A DNA stretch of 64,000 bases from NCBI GenBank assembly GCA_034521595.1, contig JAXHMG010000003.1, positions 256,001-320,000 on the forward strand, in the 5' to 3' direction. Shown piece by piece: positions 48,803 to 58,297 of this stretch. Under the pieces are notes generated by a model, which was given only the letters and a program-made list of their open reading frames with translations, made no database searches and had not been told where the DNA came from. Made by a program: the position numbers and the translations under genes. Numbering within the stretch: position 1 is the first letter of the stretch; every line of letters begins with the position of its first letter. The DNA is from Gemmatimonadota bacterium. Its GTDB lineage: Bacteria; Gemmatimonadota; Gemmatimonadetes; Longimicrobiales; Gaopeijiaceae.

Positions 48803-51345
48803 AGCTCCTCACGCGGTCGAGCCTCCGCCACCTGGCGAGCCACCGCACGCAGCTCGTCCTGTCCGTGCTGGGGGTCGCGCTGGGGGTGGGCGTGGTGGTC
48901 GCGATCGATCTCGCGATCCAGAGCGCCCGGACCGGATTCGAGATCTCGGCCGAGACGGTGTCCGGACGGGCCACCCACCAGATCGTGAGCGACCTCGGAT
49001 CGGTGGACGAGGGGATCCTCCGGAAGCTGCGCGTGGACCTCGGCATCCGGCAGGCGGCTCCGGTCGTGGAAGCCGTCGGAGCGTCATCGCTCGTTCCGGG
49101 TCGCGCGTTGACCCTCCTGGGCGTCGATCCGTTCTCGGAGGGGCCGTTCCGGCCGTACGTCGCCGGCTCGGGCGGGGAGCTGGACGTGTCCGGTTTCGTG
49201 GCGACTCCGTACGCCGTGGTGCTGTCGTCCGAGACGGCCGAGGGCGCCGGGGTCGAGGTGGGCGACACCCTCCCGTTCACGCACGAGGGACGCGCCTACC
49301 CGTTGACGGTCGTGGGCACGCTCGAGCCGCAGGATCGTCTGGCTCGCATCGGGCTGAGCGACGTGCTGCTCGTGGATGTCGCCAGCGCGCAGGACCTGCT
49401 GGACATGAGCGGCCGGCTGAGCCGCATCGACGTGCGGCTTCCGGAGGGCGCGGAGGGCGAGCGCGCGGCGGAACGAGTGCGGAGATCGCTTCCGGACGGT
49501 GCCCGGCTCGAGACGGCCGGGACCCGTACCGAAGCCATGAGCGGGATGATCCGGGCGTTCGACCTGAACCTCACCGCGCTGAGCCTCCTCGCGCTGATCT
49601 TCGGGATGTTCCTCATCTACAACGCGATGACGTTCTCGGTGGTGCAGCGACGGGGCCTGCTGGGCAGGCTCCGGGCGCTCGGGGTGGGCCGGGGCGAGAT
49701 CGTGCGCATGATCCTGCGCGAGGCGTTCTGGATCGGCGCGGTGGGGGCGGCATTCGGGCTCGTGATCGGCGTCGTGCTCGGGCGGGGGTTGGTGCGCCTC
49801 GTGACCCGCACGATCAACGACCTGTACTTCACGGTCTCGGTGCAGGGCGTCGGCGTCGATCCGGGCGTGCTCGTGAAGGGTGCCCTGCTCGGGGTCGGCG
49901 CGACGGTGCTGGCGGCGCTTCCTCCGGCGTTGGAGGCCGCGTCGGTCTCGCCGAGGCTGGCCACGCTCCGGTCGGCCTCGGAGGAGCGAGCGCGCCGGGG
50001 TGTGCCCAAGGCCGCACGGGTGGGGGTGGTGCTCGGGGTCGTGGGAGGCGTGTTGATGGCGATTCCCTCCAGGAGCCTGCTGCTCAGCTTCACCGCGCTC
50101 TTCCTCGTGATCCTCGGCATGGCGCTGCTCACGCCCCTCGGCACCGTCGTGCTCGTCTCCGCCGCTCGCCCGCTGCTCCGGCGGCTGTCGGGGCTGCTCG
50201 GATCGATGGCCGCCCGAGGGGTGGTGACTTCCCTCAGCAGGACCGCGCCGGCCGTGGCCGCGCTGGTGATCGCGGTCTCGGTCACGGTCGGCCTCGGGGT
50301 CATGATCCAGAGCTTTCGCGGCACGCTCATCCAATGGCTGGACGGGACGCTGCAGGCGGACGTGTACGTCTCGGTGCCCGGTCCGAGGAGCGCGCGCGCC
50401 ACGGGGACGCTGGAGCGGGCGCTCATCGACACGGTGGTGACGCACCCCGACGTGGCCGGGCACAGCACGTATCGGGCGATCGACGTCGTGGTGCCCGAGG
50501 GTCCTTACCGTCTCGTGGCGCTCGACCTCGATCCCAGGGGGGAAGATGCGTTCGACTTCCTCTCCGGATCCCCGGACGCGGCGATGCGGGCGTTCCGGGA
50601 GGGTTCCGGCGTGATCGTTTCGGAGCCGTTCGCGTTCCGACGAGGGCTCGATGTCGGCGACTCCGTGTCGGTGCGGGGCTCGGCGGGAAGTCGGTCGCTG
50701 GAGATCGCCGGGGTGTTTTACGACTACGGGGCGGAGGAGGGGACGGTCATGATGGACCGGGAGCTCTACGATCGACTCCACGAGGACGAGGGGGTGACGT
50801 CGTTGGCGCTCTTCCTCGAAGAGGGCACGGACGCGGAGCGGGTGGTGGCCGAGCTGCTCGCCCGGGTCCCCGAAGGGCGAACCCTCACGGTGCGCACCGA
50901 CGGAGCGCTGCGGGAAGCGTCCTTGGCCGTGTTCGACCGAACCTTCCGCGTGACCGGAGTGTTGCGGCTTCTGGCATTCATCGTGGCTTTCGTGGGCGTC
51001 CTCAGCGCGCTCATGGCGCTCGAGCTCGAACGGGCGCGCGAGTTCGGCGTCCTGCGGGCGGTGGGCCTGACTCCGGATCAGGTGCGTCGCCTGGTCCTCA
51101 CCCAGACCGGATTGCTCGGGCTGGTGTCGGGCATCCTTGCCATCCCCGTCGGCCTGGTCCTTTCGTGGGTCATGATCTTCGTGGTGAACAAGCGGTCGTT
51201 CGGCTGGACGCTCGGCATGGAGGTGGGGCCCGAGGTGCTCGTGCAGGCCGTGGCGCTCGCGTTGGTGGGAGCGTTGGTGGCCGGCGTCTATCCGGCGTGG
51301 CGTCTGGCGAAGGCGGAGCCGGCGCTGGCGCTCCGGGGGGAATGA
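48799..51345 (+). CDS. Duplicated FtsX/MacB-type ABC permease
   Basis: Two periplasmic-plus-FtsX halves (RRGLLGRLRALG; RAREFGVLRAVG). Confidence 0.92.
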   Translation: MKLLTRSSLRHLASHRTQLVLSVLGVALGVGVVVAIDLAIQSARTGFEISAETVSGRATHQIVSDLGSVDEGILRKLRVDLGIRQAAPVVEAVGASSLVPGRALTLLGVDPFSEGPFRPYVAGSGGELDVSGFVATPYAVVLSSETAEGAGVEVGDTLPFTHEGRAYPLTVVGTLEPQDRLARIGLSDVLLVDVASAQDLLDMSGRLSRIDVRLPEGAEGERAAERVRRSLPDGARLETAGTRTEAMSGMIRAFDLNLTALSLLALIFGMFLIYNAMTFSVVQRRGLLGRLRALGVGRGEIVRMILREAFWIGAVGAAFGLVIGVVLGRGLVRLVTRTINDLYFTVSVQGVGVDPGVLVKGALLGVGATVLAALPPALEAASVSPRLATLRSASEERARRGVPKAARVGVVLGVVGGVLMAIPSRSLLLSFTALFLVILGMALLTPLGTVVLVSAARPLLRRLSGLLGSMAARGVVTSLSRTAPAVAALVIAVSVTVGLGVMIQSFRGTLIQWLDGTLQADVYVSVPGPRSARATGTLERALIDTVVTHPDVAGHSTYRAIDVVVPEGPYRLVALDLDPRGEDAFDFLSGSPDAAMRAFREGSGVIVSEPFAFRRGLDVGDSVSVRGSAGSRSLEIAGVFYDYGAEEGTVMMDRELYDRLHEDEGVTSLALFLEEGTDAERVVAELLARVPEGRTLTVRTDGALREASLAVFDRTFRVTGVLRLLAFIVAFVGVLSALMALELERAREFGVLRAVGLTPDQVRRLVLTQTGLLGLVSGILAIPVGLVLSWVMIFVVNKRSFGWTLGMEVGPEVLVQAVALALVGALVAGVYPAWRLAKAEPALALRGE

Positions 51346-52529
51346 TGCGCGGTTCGACGCTCGCGATCGGCCTGATCGTCGGTGTGCTCTCGAGCGGCTG
51401 CGACGAAGCCGATTCGGGGAGGGTCCCCGCGGCCCGGCTGTCGCTGTCCGAGACGTTGGCGGGCGGCGATACGGCCGGCTATGAACGGGCGCGCGAGGTG
51501 CGGCGCTTCTCGTTCCCGCGCGATCACGGTGCCCACCCGGGCTTCCGCACCGAGTGGTGGTACGTGACCGGGAATCTCGAGACCGAAGCGGGCCGCCCAT
51601 TCGGGTTCCAGCTCACGATCTTCCGGAGCGCGCTCTCGCCGACGGAGCCGAGCCTCGCGTCGGCGTGGGCCACGAACCAGGCGTACATGGGCCACTTCAC
51701 CGTGACGGACGTCGAGGGCGGGAGGTTCCATGCCTTCGAACGGTTCGCGCGGGGCGGGGCGGGGCTGGCCGGCGCCCGTATGGTCGCCGCGCGGGACACT
51801 TCCGCCGCGCTGCGGGTGTGGGTGGAGGACTGGTCGTTGACGGGAAGCGCGGGAGGCTCCGGCTTTCCGATGCGGGCGTCGGCCGAGGACTCCGGAGTCG
51901 CGATCGATCTCCGCCTGGAAGCCGGGAAGCCCGTGGTGCTCCAGGGCGACCGTGGGCTCAGCCGGAAGGGCCCGGAGCCCGGGAACGCATCGTACTATTA
52001 CGCCCATACCCGAATGCCGGCGTCGGGCTCGCTCGTCGTCGAGGGTGATACCGTGGCCGTCGACGGCCTGGCGTGGATGGACCGGGAATGGAGCACGTCC
52101 GCCCTCTCGGGAGAGCAGGTCGGTTGGGACTGGTTCGCGTTGCAGCTCGACGACGGGTGGGACGTGATGGTCTACCAGCTCCGTCTCGCGGACGGGCGTC
52201 CCGACCCGCTGAGCGACGGGGTGCTCATCGATCCCGAGGGGGAGAAGACCCGGCTCGCGTGGGACGACGAGCTCACGTTGGAGGTCACGGAGCACTGGAC
52301 TTCGCCGATCGACGGGACCCGTTATCCCTCGGGTTGGCGGCTCTCGGCGCCGAATCGGGGACTCGATCTCACCGTGGAGCCGGTCCTCGACGACCAGGAG
52401 CTGGACCTGGCCTTCCGATATTGGGAAGGAGCGGTGCGCGTCCGCGGGACCGGCGTGGGGGGACGTCCCGTGGAGGGACGAGGCTACGTGGAGCTCACCG
52501 GGTACGCGGGGGACGTGCGCGACCGTTGA
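51342..52529 (+). CDS. AttH/CrtC-like lipocalin-fold lipoprotein
   Basis: Lipobox SSGC; FPRDHGAHPGFRTEWWY, ASYYY, WMDREWS, GWDWF, YWEG. Confidence 0.9.
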   Translation: MMRGSTLAIGLIVGVLSSGCDEADSGRVPAARLSLSETLAGGDTAGYERAREVRRFSFPRDHGAHPGFRTEWWYVTGNLETEAGRPFGFQLTIFRSALSPTEPSLASAWATNQAYMGHFTVTDVEGGRFHAFERFARGGAGLAGARMVAARDTSAALRVWVEDWSLTGSAGGSGFPMRASAEDSGVAIDLRLEAGKPVVLQGDRGLSRKGPEPGNASYYYAHTRMPASGSLVVEGDTVAVDGLAWMDREWSTSALSGEQVGWDWFALQLDDGWDVMVYQLRLADGRPDPLSDGVLIDPEGEKTRLAWDDELTLEVTEHWTSPIDGTRYPSGWRLSAPNRGLDLTVEPVLDDQELDLAFRYWEGAVRVRGTGVGGRPVEGRGYVELTGYAGDVRDR

Positions 52530-53187
52530 CGTCTTCGACCATCGCGACCGCCGCCTCCACCTCCTCGGGCACGATCCCGTGGCCGATGGCCGGGTCCGCG
52601 GTGGTCAGGGTCGCGCCGGCGTCGGCGAGCGCGGCACGGCCGCGCACGGCGAGGGCGTGTGGGATCGCGGGGTCGTGGAGCCCATGGCCCCAGAAGATGG
52701 GCGGTGCCTCCGCGACGTTGTCGAGGGAGACGCCGCCGGCCAGGAAGCCCGAGAAGTTGAGCACGGCTCGCACCCGTTCCGGCCGGGACAGCGCGTAGGC
52801 GAGGCTCGTCGTGCCCCCTTGCGAGAAACCGCCCAGCACGATCCGGTCGACGGGGCCGCCGAGATGTCGCGGGAGGGCGTCGAGGAAGTGGTCGAGCGCG
52901 CTCAGGCTCGCGTCGAGGGTCGCCGGGTCGACCCGGTCGTCCTCGAGGTAGCGGTACCACGCCCACCCCGGCCCGTAGCCCCAGGGAGCTCCGGCATGGA
53001 CGGCCCGGGGCGTCACGAGCGTCCACGTGTCGGGCACGAGCCTGCGCAAGCCCTGGAGGTCGTTCTTGTCGCTGCCCCGGCCGTGCAGCAGGACCGCGAT
53101 CGTGTCGCCGGCGGACGGTGGACGGGGACCGCTCGTCTCGAACTCCTCGATCGTGCTGCCGGGTGTCTCGGGCGTGTCCATGCTCAT
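52495..53187 (-). CDS. Phospholipase/carboxylesterase (alpha/beta hydrolase, MhqD-like)
   Basis: LLHGRGS, GFSQGG, HGLHDP, GHGI. Confidence 0.9.
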   Translation of the reverse strand: MSMDTPETPGSTIEEFETSGPRPPSAGDTIAVLLHGRGSDKNDLQGLRRLVPDTWTLVTPRAVHAGAPWGYGPGWAWYRYLEDDRVDPATLDASLSALDHFLDALPRHLGGPVDRIVLGGFSQGGTTSLAYALSRPERVRAVLNFSGFLAGGVSLDNVAEAPPIFWGHGLHDPAIPHALAVRGRAALADAGATLTTADPAIGHGIVPEEVEAAVAMVEDVNGRARPPRTR

Positions 53188-54254
53188 CCCAGTGTGGCGA
53201 GTTGTGCTTCGATCCTGTCCCGGTTCGGCTCCAGCCAGGCCGGGAGCATGAGCTCCGAGCCCAACGAATCGGGATCCTCGTCGACGGCGAAGCCTGGCCC
53301 GTCGGTCGCGATCTCGAGCAGAAGGCCGTCGGGTGCGTGAAAGTAGATGCTTTCGAAGTACTGGCGGTCCTGCACCTCGGTGACTTGGACGCCGAGCGAG
53401 ACCAGATGCTCGCGCCAGGCCGCCTGCTCCTCGGCGTCCCGGGCCCGGAACGCGATGTGGTGGGTTTGTCCCGTGCCCTGTCGGGCCCGGTACGTGGACC
53501 CTTCCCAACCGAAGAGCGTGAGCGAGGAATGCGGCGCCACGGCGGTTCCGTCGTAGCTCGCCCAGAAGTAGTGCAGGGTCTTGGCGTCGTCCTGGTTGAA
53601 CGTCTTCTTCACGAGCCGGAGTCCGAGGGCCTCCCGGTAAAAGGTGTCGGCACGCGCCAGGTCGTCCGTGATCCCGGTGATGTGGTGGATGCCGTCCAGG
53701 CGCATGTCCGCGGTGACCTCCGGGACCGGATCGGGATGGGTCGTCCGGGCGATGGCGGCTTCGTCCCGGCCTTCGGGAAGACGGTCCACGGGTGGCTCGA
53801 CGAGCTGTTCCCCCAGCGCATCGGCCGGCTCGTCGATCGCGTAGCCCGGACCGGCGGTGGCGATCTCGAGGATCTGTCCGTCGGGATCCGAGAAATACAG
53901 GCTGGTGAAATAGCCTCGATCGATCGGGCCGTTGACCGGAACGCCGTGATCCGTGAGCCGCCGCTTCCACTTGAGCTGGGCCTCGGGAGTCGCCACACCC
54001 AGCGCGAGGTGGTGGATGCCGCCCACGCCCCACCCGCCGCGGCGGGCGCGGGGCCATTCGAAGAAGGTGAGCAGCGTGCCCGGTCGTCCGAGGTCGTCTC
54101 CGAAGTACAGGTGGTACGCGCCCGGGTCGTCGAAGTTGACGGTCTTCTTGACGAGACCGAGGCCGAGGAGGTTGCCGTAGAAATCCAGGGTCCGGCGTGC
54201 GTCGGCCGACACCATCGTGATGTGATGGAAGCCGGCGGTCGGGTTGAAGGGCAT
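53184..54254 (-). CDS. VOC-family ring-cleaving dioxygenase (MhqO/PcpA-like)
   Basis: GFHHIT, VKKTVNFDDP..YHLYFG, DRGYFTSLYF.DPDG, DRQYFESIYF, EIATDGPGF. Confidence 0.92.
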   Translation of the reverse strand: MPFNPTAGFHHITMVSADARRTLDFYGNLLGLGLVKKTVNFDDPGAYHLYFGDDLGRPGTLLTFFEWPRARRGGWGVGGIHHLALGVATPEAQLKWKRRLTDHGVPVNGPIDRGYFTSLYFSDPDGQILEIATAGPGYAIDEPADALGEQLVEPPVDRLPEGRDEAAIARTTHPDPVPEVTADMRLDGIHHITGITDDLARADTFYREALGLRLVKKTFNQDDAKTLHYFWASYDGTAVAPHSSLTLFGWEGSTYRARQGTGQTHHIAFRARDAEEQAAWREHLVSLGVQVTEVQDRQYFESIYFHAPDGLLLEIATDGPGFAVDEDPDSLGSELMLPAWLEPNRDRIEAQLATLG

Positions 54255-54288
54255 GGTGTCCTCTCGGAGTCACGTGACGCGGAAACCG

Positions 54289-54317
54289 ATCATGGTTTAA
54301 CCTTGAAGGAGTGTCAA
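54289..54317 (-). promoter_or_regulatory. Sigma70-type promoter of the dioxygenase-esterase pair
   Basis: TTGACA-N17-CATGAT, with an imperfect TTCAA-gg-TTAAA dyad in the spacer. Confidence 0.6.
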
Positions 54318-54329
54318 GGCGTGAGACGG

Positions 54330-55460
54330 TCAGAGGGATTTCCGAAAGCGCCGGACGGCGAGGCCGAGCCCGCCCACCGCCATCGCGGAAAGCACGCTGA
54401 ACTGGAGCCACAGCGCACCGATGCCCGCGCCCTTCAAGAAGATGCCGCGGACGATCTCGAGAAAGTGGCGGAGGGGGTTGGCCAGCGTGAGGAGCTGGAA
54501 GATCTCGGGCATCGTCGAGACCGGATACAGGAATCCGGACAGGATGATCGCCGGGAGCATGAAGAGGAACATGGCGAGGAAGGCCTCCTGCTGCGTGGCG
54601 GAGATGGTCGAGATCAAGAGGCCGAAGGAGAGCCCCGCCAGGATGAAGAGGGCGGCCGCCAGGAGGAGGGCCAGGACCGAGCCCCGGAGCGGCACGTCGA
54701 ACCAAAGGAGGGCGACGGCCGTCACGGTGGCGAGCTGGACCATCGCGATGCCGGCCACCGGGAGCGTCTTGCCGATCATGAGCTCTCCGGCCCCGAGCGG
54801 TGACACGAGAAGCTGATCCAGCGTGCCGATCTCGCGCTCCCGGACGACGGCCATGGAGGTGAGGAGCAGGCACATGAGGAGCACGACGACGCCGATCACC
54901 GCGGGCACGTTGTAGGTGCGAGATTCGAGCGCCGGATTGAACCAGGCTCGCGCGCGCAGGTCGAGGGCGGCGCCCTCGGCACCGGAGCGGCCGGCGTGGT
55001 CCCGTGCGTGCTCCTGGACGATCCGGGCCGCGTAGCCCTGCGCGACGGTGGCGGTGTTGGAGTTCGTCCCGTCCACGAGGAGCTGCACCGCGGGGGAGGT
55101 GCCGGCGAGCAGCTCGCGGGCGTAGCCGGCCGGGATCTCCAAGCCGACCACGGCCCGGCCACGGTCGAGGGCGGATTCCAGGTCGGCCGGGCGGTCGGAC
55201 GTGCGGACGATCCGGAAGTAATCCGATGCGGTGAGCGCCTCCACGAGCGCGCGCGACTCGGCCGTACGGTCGTGATCGACGACCGCCGTCGCCACGTCCC
55301 GCACGTCCGTGTTCACGGCGTATCCGAAGAGCACGAGCTGGATGAGGGGCGAGACGAAGATGACCCGCTTGGTCCTCGGGTCGCGGAGGAGCTGACGCAG
55401 CTCTTTGGCCACCATCCGACGGACCCGGAGCAGGCTGAGTCGCAGGGACGTACGGCTCAT
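54330..55460 (-). CDS. ABC-2 permease (YbhR-like)
   Basis: KELRQLLRD, LFGYAV, VVREREIGTLDQLLVSP, LSGFLYP. Confidence 0.92.
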   Translation of the reverse strand: MSRTSLRLSLLRVRRMVAKELRQLLRDPRTKRVIFVSPLIQLVLFGYAVNTDVRDVATAVVDHDRTAESRALVEALTASDYFRIVRTSDRPADLESALDRGRAVVGLEIPAGYARELLAGTSPAVQLLVDGTNSNTATVAQGYAARIVQEHARDHAGRSGAEGAALDLRARAWFNPALESRTYNVPAVIGVVVLLMCLLLTSMAVVREREIGTLDQLLVSPLGAGELMIGKTLPVAGIAMVQLATVTAVALLWFDVPLRGSVLALLLAAALFILAGLSFGLLISTISATQQEAFLAMFLFMLPAIILSGFLYPVSTMPEIFQLLTLANPLRHFLEIVRGIFLKGAGIGALWLQFSVLSAMAVGGLGLAVRRFRKSL

Positions 55461-56587
55461 GCGGAGAGCTCCTTCCGGAACGTCCGCGTGGCGAGCACGA
55501 GCCCGAGCGCGGCGTACACCGCCATGAGGAGGGCTTGCGGCCAGAGTGCCTCCAGCCCGACGCCCTTGAGAAATATCCCCCGCGTGACGGTCACGAAGTA
55601 CCGCGCGGGCACGAGGAAGGTCACCGCCTGGAGGGCGCGGGGCATGCTCGCGATATCGAACATGAAGCCGGACAGCAGGATCGCCGGCAGGTAGGTCGCG
55701 ACCATCGCCACCTGGGTGGCCAACACCTGTGACTTGACCGCCGCGGAGATGAAGATGCCGAGTCCGAGCGCGCCGATCAGGAAGAGCGTCGTCAGCACCG
55801 CGAGGAGCGGAACGCTCCCGTGGAGCGGGGTGCCGAAGATGAGGATTCCGGCGACGACCGTCGTGGCCACGTCGAAGAGCCCGATCGCCAGGTAGGGGAG
55901 GAGCTTGCCGAGCACGATGTCGAGTCGGCTGGCCGGGGTGGCGGCGAGCTGTTCCATGGTGCCGCGCTCCCATTCCCGGGCGATCGTGAGCGCGGTGAGG
56001 AGCGCGGCGATCACGGACATGATGACCGCGATGAGCGCCGGCACGATCATGTGTCGGCTCTCGAGGTCCGGGTTGTACCAGGTGCGGGACTCGAGCGTGA
56101 TGCCTCCGGCGGGAGCTTCCGCGCCCGCGCGCTCCCGAGCGATGCGCGCGCCCATCCGGGTTACGATGGCCTCCGCGTAGTTGAGCGCGATGGTGGCCGT
56201 GTTCGCGTCTCCCCCGTCGAGGAGGAGCTGGACCTCCGCGGGCAGGTGCGGGTCGCCGAGATCACGCGTGTAGCCCGGTGGGATGACGAGGACGCCCTGA
56301 ACGGTCCCCCGCGTGAGGGCGGCGTCCACCGCCCGGCTCGAGGAAGGCCGCTCGCGAACGCTGAAGAGGTTGCTGGCCGTGAAGGCGTCGACGAGCGAGC
56401 GGCTCTCCGCCGTCCGGTCCTCGTCGAGCACGGCCAGAGGGATGTCTTCGACGTCCCAGGTGATGGCGTATCCGAAGAAGAGCAGGAGCACGAGCGGCAG
56501 CAGGAAGGCCAGAATCATGCTGCGCGGATCGCGCCGGAGCTGGATCCATTCCTTGCGCGAGATCGCGAGAAGGCGACGCAAGCTCAT
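55457..56587 (-). CDS. ABC-2 permease (YbhS-like)
   Basis: KEWIQLRRDPRS, AREWERGTMEQL, LLSGFMF. Confidence 0.92.
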   Translation of the reverse strand: MSLRRLLAISRKEWIQLRRDPRSMILAFLLPLVLLLFFGYAITWDVEDIPLAVLDEDRTAESRSLVDAFTASNLFSVRERPSSSRAVDAALTRGTVQGVLVIPPGYTRDLGDPHLPAEVQLLLDGGDANTATIALNYAEAIVTRMGARIARERAGAEAPAGGITLESRTWYNPDLESRHMIVPALIAVIMSVIAALLTALTIAREWERGTMEQLAATPASRLDIVLGKLLPYLAIGLFDVATTVVAGILIFGTPLHGSVPLLAVLTTLFLIGALGLGIFISAAVKSQVLATQVAMVATYLPAILLSGFMFDIASMPRALQAVTFLVPARYFVTVTRGIFLKGVGLEALWPQALLMAVYAALGLVLATRTFRKELSA

Positions 56588-56592
56588 CGGGC

Positions 56593-57354
56593 CTACCCCG
56601 GGACCGCGCCGCCCTCGGCGCGCACGAGCGAGACGAAGACGTCTTCGAGGGAAGAAGAGGAGGCGGGCCCGCCGAGCTGGTGGCGCAAGCCGCTCGGAGT
56701 GTCGAGCGCGATGAGGCGGCCCCGGTTGAGGAGCGCGAGCCGGTGGCAGTACTCGGCCTCTTCCATGTAGTGCGTGGACACGAACACCGTGGTGCCCCGG
56801 TCGGAGAGGCCGTCGATGAGGTCCCAGAACGTGCGGCGCGCGACCGGGTCGACGCCGGACGTGGGCTCGTCCAGGAAAAGGATCGGCGGTTCGTGGACCA
56901 TGGCGCACCCCAACGCCAGCCGTTGCTTCCACCCGAGCGGCAGAGTCTCGGTCGGGTCGTGCCGGTGCTCCCGCAACCCGGAGATGTCCAGGATCCACCG
57001 CTCGCGCTCCACCAGCTTCGGCCCGTCCACGCCGTAGAGTCCCGCGAAGAGCTCGATGTTCTCCCGGACCGTGAGGTCCCCGTACAGCGAGAAGCGCTGC
57101 GACATGTATCCGATGCTGCGCTTGATCTCCGCGCGCCCGGTGCGGATGTCGTGTCCGGCCACCCATCCTTCCCCTTCCGAGGGGGCCACCAGGCCGGTCA
57201 ACATCTTGATGGTCGTGGTCTTGCCGGCGCCGTTCGGTCCCAGAAACCCGAAGATCTCCCCGCGGCGCACGTCGAACGTGATCCCGTCCACCGCGGTGAA
57301 ATCGCCGTAACGCCGGGTGAGGTTTCGGACCGACACGGCAGGGGCGTCACGCAT
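56593..57354 (-). CDS. ABC ATP-binding protein (second YbhF-like NBD)
   Basis: GPNGAGKTT; degenerate signature LPLGWKQRL; LDEPTSGVDP. Confidence 0.93.
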   Translation of the reverse strand: MRDAPAVSVRNLTRRYGDFTAVDGITFDVRRGEIFGFLGPNGAGKTTTIKMLTGLVAPSEGEGWVAGHDIRTGRAEIKRSIGYMSQRFSLYGDLTVRENIELFAGLYGVDGPKLVERERWILDISGLREHRHDPTETLPLGWKQRLALGCAMVHEPPILFLDEPTSGVDPVARRTFWDLIDGLSDRGTTVFVSTHYMEEAEYCHRLALLNRGRLIALDTPSGLRHQLGGPASSSSLEDVFVSLVRAEGGAVPG

Positions 57355-58297
57355 CGCCGCCCCCCCGGTGCTCGCCGACGAGTTGGATGAAGACGTCTTC
57401 GAGCGACGGCTCGATCACCCGGATATCGTCGTCGTCGCCGGTCGTGACGCCGCCTCCGGCGGAGAGGATGTCCGCGACCGCGGAGGCGGTGACGTCGTTC
57501 TGGGTGACGGCGTGGATCTCCTCGCCGAAGAGTGAGGCGTTCTCGACCCGGGCGTCGGCTCGGAGCAGGTCTCGTGCGGCCCGCGGCCGGTCCACGCGGA
57601 TCGACCAGACGGTTCCGGACAGCGAGGCCCGGAGGGTCCGAGGATCGTCGAGCGCCAGCAGACCGCCGGCGTCGAGCATGGCCACGCGGTCGCAACGCTC
57701 GGCTTCGTCCAGGTACGACGTGGTCAGGACGACGGTCACCCCTTCGGAGACCATCTCGTGCAAGATCGTCCAGAGCTCGCGACGCGAGATGGGGTCCACC
57801 CCGAAGGTGGGCTCGTCGAGGAGAAGCACCCGGGGTCGGTGCACGAGACAGCACGAAAGGGAGAGCTTCTGCTTCATCCCCCCGGACAGCGCTCCGGTGC
57901 GTCGGGTCCGGAAGGGCCCGAGCCCACTGAAGTCGTACAAACGCTTCAGGCGCGCGGGCCGCTCGCGGCGCGCCACGCCGTAGAGGTCGGCGTAGAAGTC
58001 CAGGTTCTCCTCGACGGTGAGGTCTTCGTACAGCCCGAAGCGCTGCGCCATGTACGCGATCCCGGGCTTGACCTTCTCGGGGTCCTTTCCGACGTCCACA
58101 CCGTGCACGAAGGCCGTGCCCCCCGACGGGCGGAGCACGCCCGCGAGGATGCGGAGCGTGGTGGTCTTGCCGGCTCCGTCCGGGCCCACGATGCCGAACA
58201 GCGTGCCGGGCGGAACGTCGAAGGTGAGCCCGTCCACGGCCGTGGTGTCGCCGAACACTCGGCGCAGCCGTTGGAGCGAGACGGCGGCGGCGCTCAT
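57347..58297 (-). CDS. ABC ATP-binding protein (first YbhF-like NBD)
   Basis: GPDGAGKTT; LSGGMKQKL; LDEPTFGVDP. Confidence 0.93.
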   Translation of the reverse strand: MSAAAVSLQRLRRVFGDTTAVDGLTFDVPPGTLFGIVGPDGAGKTTTLRILAGVLRPSGGTAFVHGVDVGKDPEKVKPGIAYMAQRFGLYEDLTVEENLDFYADLYGVARRERPARLKRLYDFSGLGPFRTRRTGALSGGMKQKLSLSCCLVHRPRVLLLDEPTFGVDPISRRELWTILHEMVSEGVTVVLTTSYLDEAERCDRVAMLDAGGLLALDDPRTLRASLSGTVWSIRVDRPRAARDLLRADARVENASLFGEEIHAVTQNDVTASAVADILSAGGGVTTGDDDDIRVIEPSLEDVFIQLVGEHRGGGDA

